Assembly: GCA_051294375.1 (NCBI GenBank)
Contig: JBJCIZ010000282.1
Span: 116,161-180,160, forward strand
From: Paraspadella gotoi
Taxonomy: Eukaryota; Animalia; Chaetognatha
Direction: 5' to 3'
DNA: 64,000 nucleotides
Position numbers and translations under genes: made by a program. The notes beneath the pieces were generated by a model. That model saw only the letters and a program-made list of their open reading frames with translations, was not told where the DNA came from and ran no database searches. The number at the start of each line of letters is the position of its first letter. The first letter of the stretch is position 1. Shown in pieces: positions 1 through 13,756 of the stretch.

Positions 1-127
1 CCATCCATCCAATCATGAGTAATTGGTGTTTTTTGCTAAGATGGGACGGACGGATGGACGGACGGACTGACGGACATCATATTTTTTGCATAATTTATCA
101 TAATTCGATGTTCTAACATGATATAAG

Positions 128-822
128 TAGGAGTCTACGTCGTTCTTAGAAAATCTGACTACCAAACAATGTAAACGCTCCTGGGAAAAATTCAGGTAAA
201 CAATAGATGTAAAAACACTCGATTCCAATCCTGTTGCATCTGAAGGGCTCGCATTTTTTTTCTCTTGACAAATAACCATCATTTTGACATCAAACCATCA
301 GATTCAAATGGACTGGTCCTCTCGGGAAAATATTTTCGACGCAATTTTTATATATAAAATAAAGGGATTTCTCAACTTCAATACAATGTCAACGCATTTA
401 ACATATGTTGTGATTTTACAATAAACTTCAAAATTCAGGAATCCGATAGCCATATATCTGAAGGGCTCTCAAAAATTATCTTTATATTTTATTTAGTTAT
501 TTTAATATGATCTTGATTCATGGTAAAATGAATTTAGTCCATTTTGGTGTGAAATTTTTATTTAAAGTAAAAGTAAAAAGACGAGCTAACAATCAGAATT
601 CTAAGAGTTTTCAACCGGGAGTCAGATTCGGAAAAAATCTTATATGACGAAAATCTTTCCAAAGAAGGGGTGGATTTTCCGAAGATTTTAGTTAATATTT
701 TCTATATTTATGGTCGGGATTTTTTGAAACTTAAAAATAGCAATATTGCCATCATTCTACATTGGCCAGTCAAAGAATATATTAAAAAAACCTCTGACTT
801 TTTTCGTCAGAGCTGAGTCCTA
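128..822 (+). mobile_element. Non-autonomous DNA transposon (hAT-like MITE family 1) inserted in a HINE repeat
   Basis: Ends TAGGAGTC...GAGTCCTA. Near-identical to 14774-15495, with a partial reverse copy at ~13340-13755. It interrupts the HINE motif catgatataag|ttagtgcccgac. Confidence 0.7.
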
Positions 823-3589
823 ATATAGTTAGTGCCCGACTAATATTGAGGGGGCGGACCGACGGACCGACAAAGTGAATTATAAAGATAAATTTATCAA
901 TCAAATAATTCATGTTTGTTGCAACAACAACTTCGGCAATTATAGCAAATACTACAACCACAACTACCACCGTAACTATCATAACAACCATAAATAGCCA
1001 TAACCTGCATTATCACAAGAATTAAAACATACCAACATAAAAAAAACTATAAATCATAAATTTTGTAGGCAAAATTTGCCATAACTCATCAAATTCCCGC
1101 CTTGTTTGCTCAAACTTATTATTTTGTCATCACTTTTATTAGCAACAAAGTCCTATTTCGTGAAGGATGACACTGTTGAAAATAAAAAAAAGTTTTTAGT
1201 AATGAATTACGTTACCAAATACTTTTCAAAGCTTTTTATATACCATCATCATGGAGAATAAAAAGTCTGCCTCCATTTTCTCGACTTAGGTGTCGAGATT
1301 TGTAATCAAGTTATCTTCTGCTTTTTCCTCCGCTTCTCCTCTCTCTCATGAACCAGAGACGCGACTTCTATTTCTAAGCAAATACAAACAAAGAAAGTAA
1401 AAACATCACTTTTATCAGAGTGAGACGGACCTTGTGTTTAAAAAAAGACACACACAACTATTAAGAAACAATGAACAAGTAATATAAGTTTATATTTACA
1501 TGAGAGAAAAGAAAATATCTCGCAAGTCGTCACTTGTTCCACTATCAAGCGCAGCTTATATGATCCTCTTTGCTAGGATTTACAGAAAAACTCCTTCATG
1601 GGCTTTGATAATTCAGTAAACAGCCTTTTAGCCATTTCTCCTCTTTTAGCACAGGCCTTTTTCCGTTTGCTGCGCGTCTCTTTTTAAACTTCTCTCTCTC
1701 TCTTACTCTTTCTCTCTCTATCTCTCTATCTCTCTCTCTCTCTCTTCCTTTCTCACAACTGTCTCACTCTTCCCTTTGTTTGTCTTTCTCTTTCTCTACT
1801 AATGCATAAAAAAAATTCCCAAACTGTATTGAATCAAAATTTGAATTGTAGATCAAGAACAATAAAGCGTTATAAAAGTTCTAAGCTAAACTTTAATTAA
1901 AATTTTAAAAGTCCTTTTTGTAGCGATTTTTTTTTAGGTTTGGATCGTCATAAAAAATATAACTCTTTTAAAAATTCTTTTATTAAGTTGGTAAAAAATT
2001 AGAAAACCTATATTTTTAAATAAAAATAAAATTTTTATACATTGATTTTTTATTTTTAATTTTAAACCCATTTTCATCATAATATTATAATAATACGTAT
2101 ATGTCGACCATTTGAAACCCGATGCTAGAAAAAATTCGCTAACCAAAAACTTAAATATATTTTAACATTTTGAGAAGATATCATATCTTTTGGTTTACTT
2201 CTACATAAACAGTGAGAGAGAAAAGATTGCGTGGAAAATGATATCTCAGCTCATTTAATATTTTTATATTGATATATTTTCCGATCTGTAGCGTAAGAAA
2301 TATCTTCTTGGGGAACAATTAAAGTTATAAGGTACTAATTTATAACTACCTTAGTTTTAAGAATAGTCAATGGCAAAATATATTACTTTTAAGAAATTAT
2401 AATCAATATTTCTGAATCAAATTTTACAGGAATTTTTTGTGATACCCATCTTTTTACCATCTACCAACTAAAAGTAAAAGAGAAGCTAATGATTGGAATT
2501 CTATGAGTTTTCAACCGGTAGTCAGTTTCAGGAAAAAAATTTTATGGTCAAAATCTTCCATCAAAAGGGTGGAATTTTCGAATATTTTGGTTAATATTTT
2601 TATTTGAAACTTTAAAACTTCCCTTTACGGTGTTTTAAAGGATCACATCGAATAAATATTCTTTTAAAAATGTGCTTACCGATTCAACTTGACACTTTTC
2701 TTATTTATTAATTTTGTTTTTGTTTTATTAATTAAAAAAGAAATATTTAAAACGGATGTTTACATGTAAATAAAATTTTACATATAAATAAAATTTGTAA
2801 TAACTGATAACGACGATGTATTTCTTGATGTGTTTACGAACTGTTAAGCTGAATGACTGTTCCTCTTAATCCTAATATTGAGATATAGATAGCGGTAGCC
2901 GACCAAATTCAAATTTTAATGGGAACAGCATTAAACTAATCCATTATTGGTATTAATTATTGTATTAAAATATTTTTTTGCAAAAATGTTTCAAACCATA
3001 AGTAATTCGCTAATTAATATTATTATATTGCTATATAATGTCAAAAATTTTTTTGGATATTTTAAGTTTTTTTAATTGATTTTGATAGAGTTAAGCAAAA
3101 AATATAATTACAACTTTTTAAAATTTTGATGTTTTATTACTAAAAATTAGTAAAAACTCCTAAAATCATCGGATGATGATGATGATGATGATTTTTTAAG
3201 GTTTGTCCCAATTTTGACCCACTTATCATCAAAATATTGAAAAAAGAATTATACTTTGTGTAGACAACTTTTTATAAGCTATCTGAATCTGCTTTTAAAA
3301 ATACAAAATTTTATCTATAAATAAATATTAAAAAAATAATTAGTAATGTTTCTAGCCATTTTAGAAAATTTTGGTCCATTGAAAGTTTTCTCAGAAATGT
3401 ATAAAGTTTCATTTGGAAAGGTTCTCAAATCAAACTTCTGATCCACCCCATTGACAAAGTTTGGCTCTAATATAGACGAGGCATCACCAAATGGTGATTC
3501 TTTAAATGATTTTGTTTTATTAAAAAAAAGTATTTAATTGATGTCAAACAGGCAAGAATTTAGAAATTCACTTAACATATATATATGTG

Positions 3590-3725
3590 TGATGGCTTTA
3601 GTGTGAGGCATCTCCCGACAGCTGGCGCTCAGGCCTTTAGACCTGCAGTAACCACCCTCATCACCAGCACTATCACAATGTGAGGATTGAACCCAGAACT
3701 CACAGTTGGTAAGCGAGTACTTGTG
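3590..3725 (-). mobile_element. tRNA-derived SINE-like fragment
   Basis: The minus strand reads ...gtactcgcttaccaactgtgagttctGGGTTCAATCCtcac, a B-box with a tRNA-like anticodon arm. No full cloverleaf. Confidence 0.35.
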
Positions 3726-5685
3726 GCAAATTTAATATTTGCCACAATATTACATTTTTTATTTAGTTCAGCTACGAATTTGAACTAAATAGGTCTTATA
3801 CCTGATAATTTAACTATCGTAAATATTATTATTAGAAATCTTCAATAAAATTGACTTCGTAAGTGCTCCATTCAAGAAATTGTTCGAAAAGACAGTTCAT
3901 TGTATTTCCGTAGAAGTCTTAACAAATTACAAATCAGAATGACTCAATGATAAAGGAAAACCCTTTGCTCTTCTTTTTTTCCTCCTCCTCATCCTCCTCC
4001 TCCTCCTTATTCAGCGATCCAAGTCAAGTCTATTTCTGTATCTTGTCTTCTTCAATTTCATCGTCGCAGCCTTTGGCTTCGGTTTAAGGCCCGGAGTCTT
4101 CTGCTCTTCCTTCTCCTTTAGATCCAAGCTAATGTCTCGCTCTTCCTCGAGTCGCGCATCTTTCTCCCCTTGAATCCCTTGTTCCTCTCGTTTCTTTTTC
4201 TTTGAGAATTCCATTTAATAACGAGGTGTCAATGGTCGTCGTCGTCGTCGTCGTCGCCTTCATCCTTTCCGTTGTCGTCGTCTTCGTTTTCCTGTGGCGT
4301 CGACGTCTTCTTCTCGTTGTTTCTATTATCAGCGTTTCATCTTTGAAGCTCAACGTGGAAGAGAGAGAAAAAGTCTATGGACTTTTGATTCTATTCATTC
4401 TCAGAAGCCATCGTCGTTGTCGTCATCGTCGTCGTCGTCGTCGTCTTCTTCTCTTCCTCAGGAATAAGAGCGGGATTTTTCACGGAAATCGCGAACGATG
4501 ATCCCGCGTTAAGGAGTCGTCGTCGTCGTCGTCGTCGTCGTAGGTGTCGTAGCCTTGTGAAGGAAATCAACTGCTACAAATTCGCGGCGAATGATGAGTC
4601 TTGACATCCGAAGAAGAATCAGGTTTTATATTATAATTATTTTTCGCGCTTTAGTTTTGCAACATCTCAACTGAACTAAAAATAAAGAATATTTATCAGA
4701 AAAATAGTTTGAAAATATTTTAAAAAGCTTTAAAAAAGACTTTTATGTTTTCATCACAGAACAATTTTTATTTTCTTATTTTCATCAATCACTCCATCGG
4801 AACTGTCATTGTTGTTTCAGCATAAAAAATAGTTTTAATATGAATTTTTATAATGGAAACCTTATTCAAACTCGGGTAAATGATTTAGACTTCAGCGCAA
4901 CCTACTCTCATTTTAACACATGATGCGACTACAACTAGAACAAGCTGAACTACCACAACAACCAAAAAAGTCCTAATTAGCCTAATACAGCCTATCTCAG
5001 TAGGGTGAGTCAAAAATTAAATTAGAGCACCTGCTATAACGAAATTTAAAAAAAATTAATGAACAAAAAATTTAAAATAAAATTACATTTATAACTTAGT
5101 TATTAATGTTTAAATATTTACTTATAGATAAGAAAGGTTAAAGTCTTTTCTACAAAATTAATTTTTAGATCCAGATTCAGATAGATTATAAAAAGTTGTC
5201 CGTGCAAAGTGTAATTCGTTTTTTAATATTTTGAGTAAGTTAAGTAAATTAAAAACAGGAAAAACCATAAAAATTTATCATCCTCATCATTATAACGTAG
5301 TGAAGATTATGTACAAGAATGATAAAAGTCAATTATGAACAACGTATGATCAATGAACATTAATTTATAAAAAAGATCAATTTTATGTTTTTTTGAGTTA
5401 GTAGTCTGGCAAGCTTCCTATAGGACGGGTTGGAATATCTTTACAAAACCTTGGGAATATTACCTTGGTACCAAAATAAGAGATTTGAGATTTTTTGTCC
5501 ACAAAGCCAAATGGTTCGTAATAAAAATCGTGTTACTCCAATATGCAAATGAGATTAACGTTTTACAGTAATATTCTAATTTTATAAAAACTTACATTGT
5601 GTATTAACTCTCTTTTCGTTGTTGTTGGTATTAAGGAGAAAACAGTTTTTGAATTTATACGATTTTTTATAGACAAATTATTAGT

Positions 5686-5730
5686 CAGGATATGTTTCTG
5701 CTCACATTGGTTAGAGCCTTCATCAGCAGT
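5686..5730 (-). ncRNA. Minimal hammerhead ribozyme-like motif in a Penelope-type pseudo-LTR
   Basis: Minus strand: CTGATGA-ag-GCTC-taaccaatgt-GAGC-a-GAAAC-at-ATC. The catalytic core is present but stem I is weak. Confidence 0.5.
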
Positions 5731-5770
5731 TTTGAAAATCAACAATTTTTTCTCTGTCAAAGTTAAGTTT

Positions 5771-5815
<45 letters not shown>

Positions 5816-5847
5816 CAGCAAAGAATAGGGTATGGGACAGTGGTCAG

Positions 5848-6840
5848 TAAGGCGTAGTAAAATTTCTAAATTTAANNNNNNNNNNNNNNNNNNNNNNNNN
5901 NNNNNNNNNNNNNNNNNNNNNNNNNNNNNNNNNNNNNNNNNNNNNNNNNNNNNNNNNNNNNNNNNNNNNNNNNNNNNNNNNNNNNNNNNNNNNNNNNNNN
6001 NNNNNNNNNNNNNNNNNNNNNNNNNNNNNNNNNNNNNNNNNNNNNNNNNNNNNNNNNNNNNNNNNNNNNNNNNNNNNNNNNNNNNNNNNNNNNNNNNNNN
6101 NNNNNNNNNNNNNNNNNNNNNNNNNNNNNNNNNNNNNNNNNNNNNNNNNNNNNNNNNNNNNNNNNNNNNNNNNNNNNNNNNNNNNNNNNNNNNNNNNNNN
6201 NNNNNNNNNNNNNNNNNNNNNNNNNNNNNNNNNNNNNNNNNNNNNNNNNNNNNNNNNNNNNNNNNNNNNNNNNNNNNNNNNNNNNNNNNNNNNNNNNNNN
6301 NNNNNNNNNNNNNNNNNNNNNNNNNNNNNNNNNNNNNNNNNNNNNNNNNNNNNNNNNNNNNNNNNNNNNNNNNNNNNNNNNNNNNNNNNNNNNNNNNNNN
6401 CTTTAATTACAATTCTAAAGTGAGGAACGAACAACATTATACTAATGAACATATATATATAAAAAAATTTATAATAAATTTACAATTTACGCAGTAGGCC
6501 ATATTTATACTAGTACTAATCCAATAAATGTTAAAATTTCAAAACAGTTTTTTTAAAGTTTTTTTTGCAGATTTGGATTCGTCATAAAAAGTTGATAAAA
6601 GAAATATAACCGATAAAGAAAAACATCGATTTGGGAAACAGTGCTAATTTTATTTAGACCATGCATTCAAACCATTTAGCTGGTTCATTATTCAAGGCCA
6701 GAAATTCTCTGGCCTTGAATAATGAACCAGCTAAATGGTTTAAATGCATGGTCTAAATAAAATTAGCACTGTTTCCCAAATTGATGTTTTTCTTTATCAA
6801 ACTAATCGGTGCATGAGATGACACTTTTCACTACGCCTTA
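5848..6840 (-). mobile_element. hAT-like MITE family 2 (spans an N gap)
   Basis: TIRs TAAGGCGTAGT...ACTACGCCTTA with an 8-bp TSD GTGGTCAG at 5840-5847 and 6841-6848. Confidence 0.8.
6613..6798. repeat. Near-perfect ~185-bp palindrome
   Basis: gataaagaaaaacatcgatttggg...caaggccaga-aattc-tctggccttg...gatgtttttctttatc; arms are ~90 bp with only a couple of mismatches. Confidence 0.9.
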
Positions 6841-6915
6841 GTGGTCAGATGTGAGGACAGCTGAAGTTTAGGACAGGGAAAGAGGAGTAAGTTTTGTGAA
6901 AAATGAAAAGAGAGA

Positions 6916-6957
<42 letters not shown>

Positions 6958-7282
6958 GAGACAACCTATGACAATGTCCTCCATTTGAAATGACAAAAAA
7001 CTATTAAGACAGAGAGAGATACAGTTCAAACAGTTTTTTGTTTTGCTCACAAACATTTTGGTACCGTTTACTTGAATCATAGTTTGTTTTTGTTTACAAA
7101 CAACAAATTTTATTTTTTTAAACTGATATGTTTTGACCATTTTTCGAGTCTTCATTGTTTTCGCCAAAAATTGTTTTCTACTTACTTTCAAATAACCTTA
7201 CTTCGTTTCTCTTCACATTCTCTCTGTCTTTCCTTTTTAAACCTTCACCTTTTAAAGGATGTTGAAGTGCTTCGTCCCTTAA

Positions 7283-8521
7283 GGCCTGGGATCACTGGCC
7301 AAAAGTTATAATGAGCTTGTATTCGAAAAGTAGAGGTCAGGTTGATTCTGAAAATGTATTCACTTTATCTTCTCTTTCGAATCCATTGCTGTTTTTTCGA
7401 ATTTTATAATACTATATAAAATAAAAGAAACCTTTCGGAAGAGTTGCGGCCCAAACGGCTAAGGGGATTTTCACGAAACTTTACAATAAATTTACTTGAG
7501 GACAAGGGTCCCAATTCTATGAGAGGGATTTTTCAAATTAACTTATCTTCATAAGAAAAAAAAGAATAAGAAAATTTTGGCATTAAATTCTAAATATCTT
7601 GAAAACTAGTAACATTTCCAAAATCCCTCTCATAGAATTTCTCCCACCTTTCCATACTTATAAAAAATAATTTTAGTTTATTTTTATTTCCAACGGTTTT
7701 AGCTCCAACTCTTTTGTTTATTTATTTTTTTTTCTGTAGATTTTACAGAACTGAAAGTCGAGCAAAGAACTTTAAAATCAATACGCTTTTCCGAAATCTA
7801 TTTTCATTTCTAGTGTTAAATGATGGCTTTACCGATCTTTAAAGTTTTATCAAATTTTGTACAATTTTTTTTAAATTAACAAATGGCTGTGGCTGGGGAA
7901 AGCAGTCAGTAAACAAGGAGGAATGCTGCAAAGTGTTTATTTTTTTTTTCTCAGTCTTGTTTTGAACCAGTTTGAACCTGGGGAACAGAAACTAAATGTC
8001 AAAAGCAGAGCATGAGCTGGTTCGTCGCTGTGAATCTGTGGCAGTCTATGGCACCATTGAGGGTTGTTATCAAAGTGGACCCAACTTCAGATGCCAGGGG
8101 ACGAATGTCTTTGAATTTGACAATTTTACAATTTTTAATCATTTTTTTTTGTAAAAAATGATAATAGACATCCTTATATAAGCGTTCTGCTCTCTCTCTA
8201 CATAAACATTTATGTTTTAATTATTAATTGATTCTATAACATAATTGGAATGACTTGGTTTTAGTTGTTAGTATTACACTGCTGTTAATTGAAAAAAAAA
8301 TTAAAATAAATTGCGTTTAAAATGACTTTATCGTGTTGGATGAATTTTTAAGGTTTACTGATAAAAAAAATTGCCCGATTTTTAGTTGCCTCTTGACTAG
8401 CATGAACACTTAATCAAATTTAGAGTTTTTTTTTTTTGAAATGTGAAGGGAATACACTTTCTTTGACATAATAATAATTGTACAAAGCTTTATGCAATTC
8501 TTGTTTGAATGATCCCAGGCC
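7283..8521 (+). mobile_element. Kolobok-like non-autonomous DNA transposon
   Basis: TTAA|GGCCTGGGATCA...TGATCCCAGGCC|TTAA (RR...YY termini, TTAA TSD). Further copies at 23412-24674 and ~24680-25743, and end fragments at ~8840-8978 and ~14610-15615. Confidence 0.75.
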
Positions 8522-10342
8522 TTAAAAATATAAAAAATCAGGATTTCTCTTGAATTATTTTTTAAAAATTTATAAAACATGGTAAGAAGGTTCATTTAAT
8601 CAGGCTTAACAAGAATCTGTAAAAAAAAATTGATAACGTTTAGCACCCCCTCTATGATGTTGAAGTTGCTTGTCAACAACATACGCAGACAAGCACTTAA
8701 AATTAATCAATTTGAACCAAACTTCATGGATGGGTCAATTACCATCTGCTCTATCTGTTAAAAAAACCATCAAAAACGGATCATTTTTTGACCTTTTAAA
8801 TAAACGTTAAAAACAATTGTCCATAATTAAAACCATAGTATTATAAAATTCGAAAAAACAGCAATGGATTCGAAGAGAAGATAAAGTGAATACATTTTCA
8901 GAATCAACTGGACCTCTACTTTTCGAATACAAGCTTTATTTAATCCTAATTATAACTTTTGGCCAGTGATCCCAGGCCTTAAGCGACGATGGAAGCAGCA
9001 AAAGAGACATTTTTTTTTGCCAGCGTTTTAGTCCGCTGCTTCAGGAGCCGCAGCAAGTGGGCATCTATGGAAAAATTAAGTCAAAATTATACTGTGGGAA
9101 TGAATAAACGAGACTGTGAAAGAGTCTTGATTGAATGCTTGCAAGGAACTGCTGTCATTATCTTCGAAAATCGGGGAAAATAAAGTAGCCACTTTCACAT
9201 CGAATTGTTTATTGTGTTAAAATATTTTTTTAGCAAAAATGTTCCGAACCATGAGTTTCGCTAATTTTATTTATTATATTGTTATATAAAAAATTTGGGG
9301 GGATTTTTCAAGTTTTTTTAATTAATTGATAGAGCTAAAAAAGTTAAACAAAAAATATAATTATAACTTTTTAAAATTTTGATCTTTTATTACAGAAAAT
9401 TAGAAAAAACTGTTAAAATCATTGTTTGATGATGATGAGGATGATTTTTTAAATATTGAAAAAAGAATTATACTTTATGTAGACAACTTCTTATAAGCTA
9501 TCTGAATTGTCTTTTAAAAATATAAAGTTCCCAAAACAAATTTTGACATTTCCTATCTATAAATAAATATTAAAAAATATTTATAATGCTTTGAGCCATT
9601 TTAAAAAAAATTTTGGACCATTAACATTTTTTTAGAAATGTATAAAGTTTTATTTTGGAAGGTTTCAAAATCGAATTTCTATCCCACCCCATTGCCCTAC
9701 TTTTATCAACTTTTCGTGAGGAATTCGAATCTGCTTTCAAAAATAAGAAAAAAAAATAAAATTTTTACATTTTCTATATATAAATATAGGCTAATGCGAA
9801 AATTTCAAAATACAAAATAACTTTTTTTATTTAAAAATATTTACAGGTGCAAGCCTGTTCGTGAATTTTGATTCTACTTGGTTTTTATATTTTTGAAACG
9901 CTCTACTAGACACGGGACGCTTTCTATCAAAACTCTTAGCATCGAGTTTATTAACTTCCAAAGTGCTTAGCTCGGCTTGTTATAGTTTTTTTTAACTCAG
10001 TCATAAAAAATTATAAGAACATTTTTTTTTAAATGCATCTCTCCTATCTCACCTCACCATACCATTTTAATCATATTTTAATTTTACAAAAAAAAAAGAA
10101 AAAAAGCTAAATTTTGTAATAATATGTTATATTTTCGGTTTTTATATTGAAGTGGGTGAAAGTTTCGGCAACTTATTTATTTTACAATATAGTAAATAAC
10201 TGAAACATTATTAAACTGATATGGAGGAAAAAAGTAAATGTCACTGAAATAACATTAGATTTTTTCATTACGTGATTTCACAATTGGAAAGTTGAAATGA
10301 AAAAACTTCACTGAGCTTCTTCTTCATCGTCGCTCATCACAG

Positions 10343-10850
10343 CATCAACCTGAAGTCGTTTAACATTTCGTCTCTGGTGGGCTCACCACCTCCATCATCT
10401 GTCTCGCACTCTCGCCCACCACCTTCTTCCATCCCTCCATCATCTGTCTCACTCTCTCGTCCTCCCTCCCCTCCGCCTTTTTCTCCCTTCTCCACCTCCT
10501 CTTTTCTCCCGTCTCATCATCCTCATCATCTTCCTATCAACATGACTCTCATTGGATCCTCGCCACTGCATCATCAACTTCATCACAATGAAGGAGGAGG
10601 AGGAGGAGGAGGAGGAAGAGGAGGAGGAGCCTCTCCCACTGACGAGGGGCAGAGACGACGGACTCCGAGCGATGGAAGCGGTGCCACTTCGGGTGGGGGC
10701 GCTACTTCGCGCGGCTCTTCTATTGGCGTCCCGTCATTGACCTTGGGAGATGTGCCGCTGGGGCTGACAGCGAACGCGGTTGGTGGAGGACCATTGAGTC
10801 CAGCTTCTTCAAAAGATGACCACGTCAAGAGGCCAATGAACGCCTTCATG
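10343..10850 (+). CDS. SoxB2: SoxB2 (Sox14/Sox21-like) HMG-box transcription factor, first visible coding exon
   Basis: Pro/Ser/His/Gly-rich ORF ending DDHVKRPMNAFM, then donor GTAAGT at 10851 (phase 0). The 5' boundary is inferred from a pyrimidine tract plus CAG at 10340-10342. The first in-frame ATG is at 10542. Confidence 0.85.
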
Positions 10851-12038
10851 GTAAGTGTTCGTTTGAAGCGCCATATAACTTGGTGCAGCCTTTCTCAGTA
10901 GAGTGAGTCAAAAATTTGATTTGAGTACTTGCTCAAACGAAAATTTAAACATTTTTAGTCGGATCTGCTTATCAGCAGATTCCGACTCTATAATTCACTT
11001 TGTCGGTCTGTCGGTCCAACCCATAAACTTGTCGGTAAATCACTTTTATCATCTCAGAACATTGAATTATGATACATTACAAAACAATAATAATTTAATT
11101 AATAAATTAATTAATTTGATCCGAAATGTTTGTTTTTAAGTCTTTTCATCACTGACCAAGACAAAAGCAACGACGACGATGATGGCGACGACGACAATAA
11201 TGCCAATAAGGATTGACTTGATTGATGGATTAATTGATTAAATAATTAATTAATTTATAAAGAAATTGATTGATTGAATAATTAATTAATAGATAACTAA
11301 ATAAATTGTTTGATTGAATAAATAATTGATTGATTAATTGACCAATTAATTAATTATTTATCAAGTAATTGACTAATTGATTAATTAACTGATTAATTAT
11401 TTGATTATTTAATTATTACATCTTGCATTTACATTAAATATAAAAGAAAAAGAAGCATAATCAATTAGTGAAACAGATTTTTTGTTTTTTCCATTTAAAC
11501 ACATTTCGATTCCATCAAAACTTCATAGCCAGCTCAATCACACACTTCCCTACCCGCACACAAAATTTCATTCTAATCAATCCATCCAATCACGAGAAAT
11601 TGGTGTTTTTTGCTAAGGTGGGACGGACGTACGGACGGACATCGTTTTTTTGCATAATTTATCATAATTCGATGTTTTTACATGATATAAGTGAATGCCC
11701 GACAGGATTGGGGGGCTGATAAGCAGATCCAACTAAAAAACTAAAAAACTAAAAAAATAATGATGTCCATCTGTCTGTCAGTTTGTCTGTTTGTCTGTCT
11801 GAGTGTCTGTCCCATCTTAGCAATAAACTCCAATACTCAAGATTAGATGGATAGATTGGATTTACATCTTGTGTGTGGGTAGGAAAGTGTGTGATTGAGT
11901 TGGGTATAAAGTTTTGAGTTTAACTGAAAAAAAAACAACAAAAGTTACATTTATTTGATTTGCGGAGATTGGTGATTATTTGTTGTCCTTGGAGGGATGT
12001 TCTCCTTTCCTTTGAAGTTCCCTCCCTTATTGCCTATC

Positions 12039-13200
12039 TTTTTAGTCGGATCTGCTTATCAGCAGATCCCGGCTCCTATAATTCACTTTGCGTGTCGTCG
12101 TGTCCACCCCTCAATATTGTCGGGCACTAACTTATATCATGTCAGAACATCGGATTATGATGAATTATGCAAAAAAAATGATGTCCGTCCGTCCGTCTGT
12201 CCGTCCGTCCCACCTTAGCAAAAAACACCAATTACTCGTGATTGTTGGATGGATTGGAATGAAATTTTGTGTGTGGGTAGGGAAGTGTGTGGTTGAGCTG
12301 TATATGAAGTTTCGATGGAATCGTCCGAGTGGAAATGAGTTTAAATGGAAAAAATAAAAAATAAATTTCACTATTTGAACACAATTACTCAAGAGGTAGG
12401 GCGATTGACTTAAAACTTTGTATTTGCATAGGAAAGTGTGTGATTGAGCTGAAATCAAGTTTCGATGGAATCGTTTGAGTGGAAATGAGTTAAAATGGAA
12501 AAAAACAAAAAAACTGTTTCACTAATTGATTATGCTTCTTTTTTCCTTTTATATATTAAATGTAAATGAAGGATGTATTAATAAATCAAATAATTAATCA
12601 GTTAATTAATCAATTAGTCAATTAATTAATCAGTCAATCAATCGTGCATCCGTCCCATCTGAGCAAAAAGATTAATAACTCGTGATTGGCTGGTTGGATT
12701 GGAATAAAGTTTGTGTGTGGGTAGGACAATGTGACATGAAGCTGGATATAAAGTTTCGATGGAATCGTGGGAGTGGAAATGAGTTTAAATGGAAAAAACA
12801 TAAGTTGCATTTACTAAAATCTTTTTACTTATTTAACCAATAAATAAATATCTATTTATCATAATTGGATGAATAGATTAGTTGAAATTTTGTGTGTGGT
12901 AGGAAAGTGTTGACGAACTTGATACAAGTTTCGGTGGAAACGTAACGAGTGGAAATGAGTTTAAATAAAAAAAATATGAGTCACATTTACTTGAATCTTT
13001 TTGTTTTCACGATCTTGTTAGTCCTGTAATGTTACTTATTTAACCCATAATTACTCGAATTAATAGATTAAAAAGAAAGTGTGTGAAGAAGCTAGATATA
13101 AAGTTTTGACGGAATTGTGCCTGTGGAAATCAGTTTAAATGGAGAAAAACATAATTCACATTTTCTTGAATCTTTTTTATTTATGATTACTAATAAATGT
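12039..13200 (+). mobile_element. HINE/DINE-1-like (Helentron-associated) non-autonomous repeat
   Basis: Starts in a T-run with the palindrome AGTCGGATCTGCT-TATC-AGCAGATCCCGGCT, has a (GTCC)n microsatellite and internal repeated blocks. Other copies or pieces at 1-127, ~10953-11740, ~14170-14608, ~40188-40280, 45622-47153 and 55276-59265. Confidence 0.7.
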
Positions 13201-13756
13201 TTTAATTAATTAATTATTGAAAAAAGATACAATTTAAAAAAATTATGCAAGTTGAAAAAAATTATGCAAGTTGAAAAATTATGCAAGTTGAAATTATGCA
13301 ATTGAAAAAATGATGCAAGTTAAAATAATATCGTATCATATTAAAATAACTAAATAAATGTAAAGAAAAATTTTTAGAGACCCTTCAGACATATGGCTAT
13401 CAGATTCCTGAATTTTTTGAAGTTTATTGTAAAATCACAACATATGTTAAATGCCTTGACATTGTATTGAAGTTGAAAATCCCTTTATTTTATATATAAA
13501 AATTGCGTCAAAAATATTTTCTCGAGCGGACCAGTACATTTGAATCAAATGGTTTGATGTCAAAATGATGGTTATTTGTCAAGAGAAAAAAAATGCGAGC
13601 CCTTCAGACGTAACAGAATCGGAATCGAGTGTTTTTACATCTATTTTTTACCTGAATTTTTCCAAGGGGCGTTGACATTATTTGGTAGTCAGATTTTAAC
13701 GAAAATCTCCATTGAAAAAGTCTTCCTCAATTTCTAAGAACGACGTAGACTCCTAC

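Noticed and set aside
3960-4620. Overlapping ORFs in a (GTC)n/(TCC)n-rich segment, as a gene or upstream Sox exon
   Set aside because: Low-complexity translations with stops in all frames and no convincing splice pair; it could still be UTR or regulatory sequence.
5832-6497. Long ORFs of 221 and 202 aa
   Set aside because: They are runs of N from an assembly gap.
10851-10901. ORF continuation VSVRLKRHITWCSLSQ
   Set aside because: Intron read-through; the HMG box resumes at 21504.
12088-12458. Recurrent small ORFs containing SVRPSVRP (also at 13, 45701 and 55376)
   Set aside because: Translations of the (GTCC)n microsatellite in the HINE repeat.
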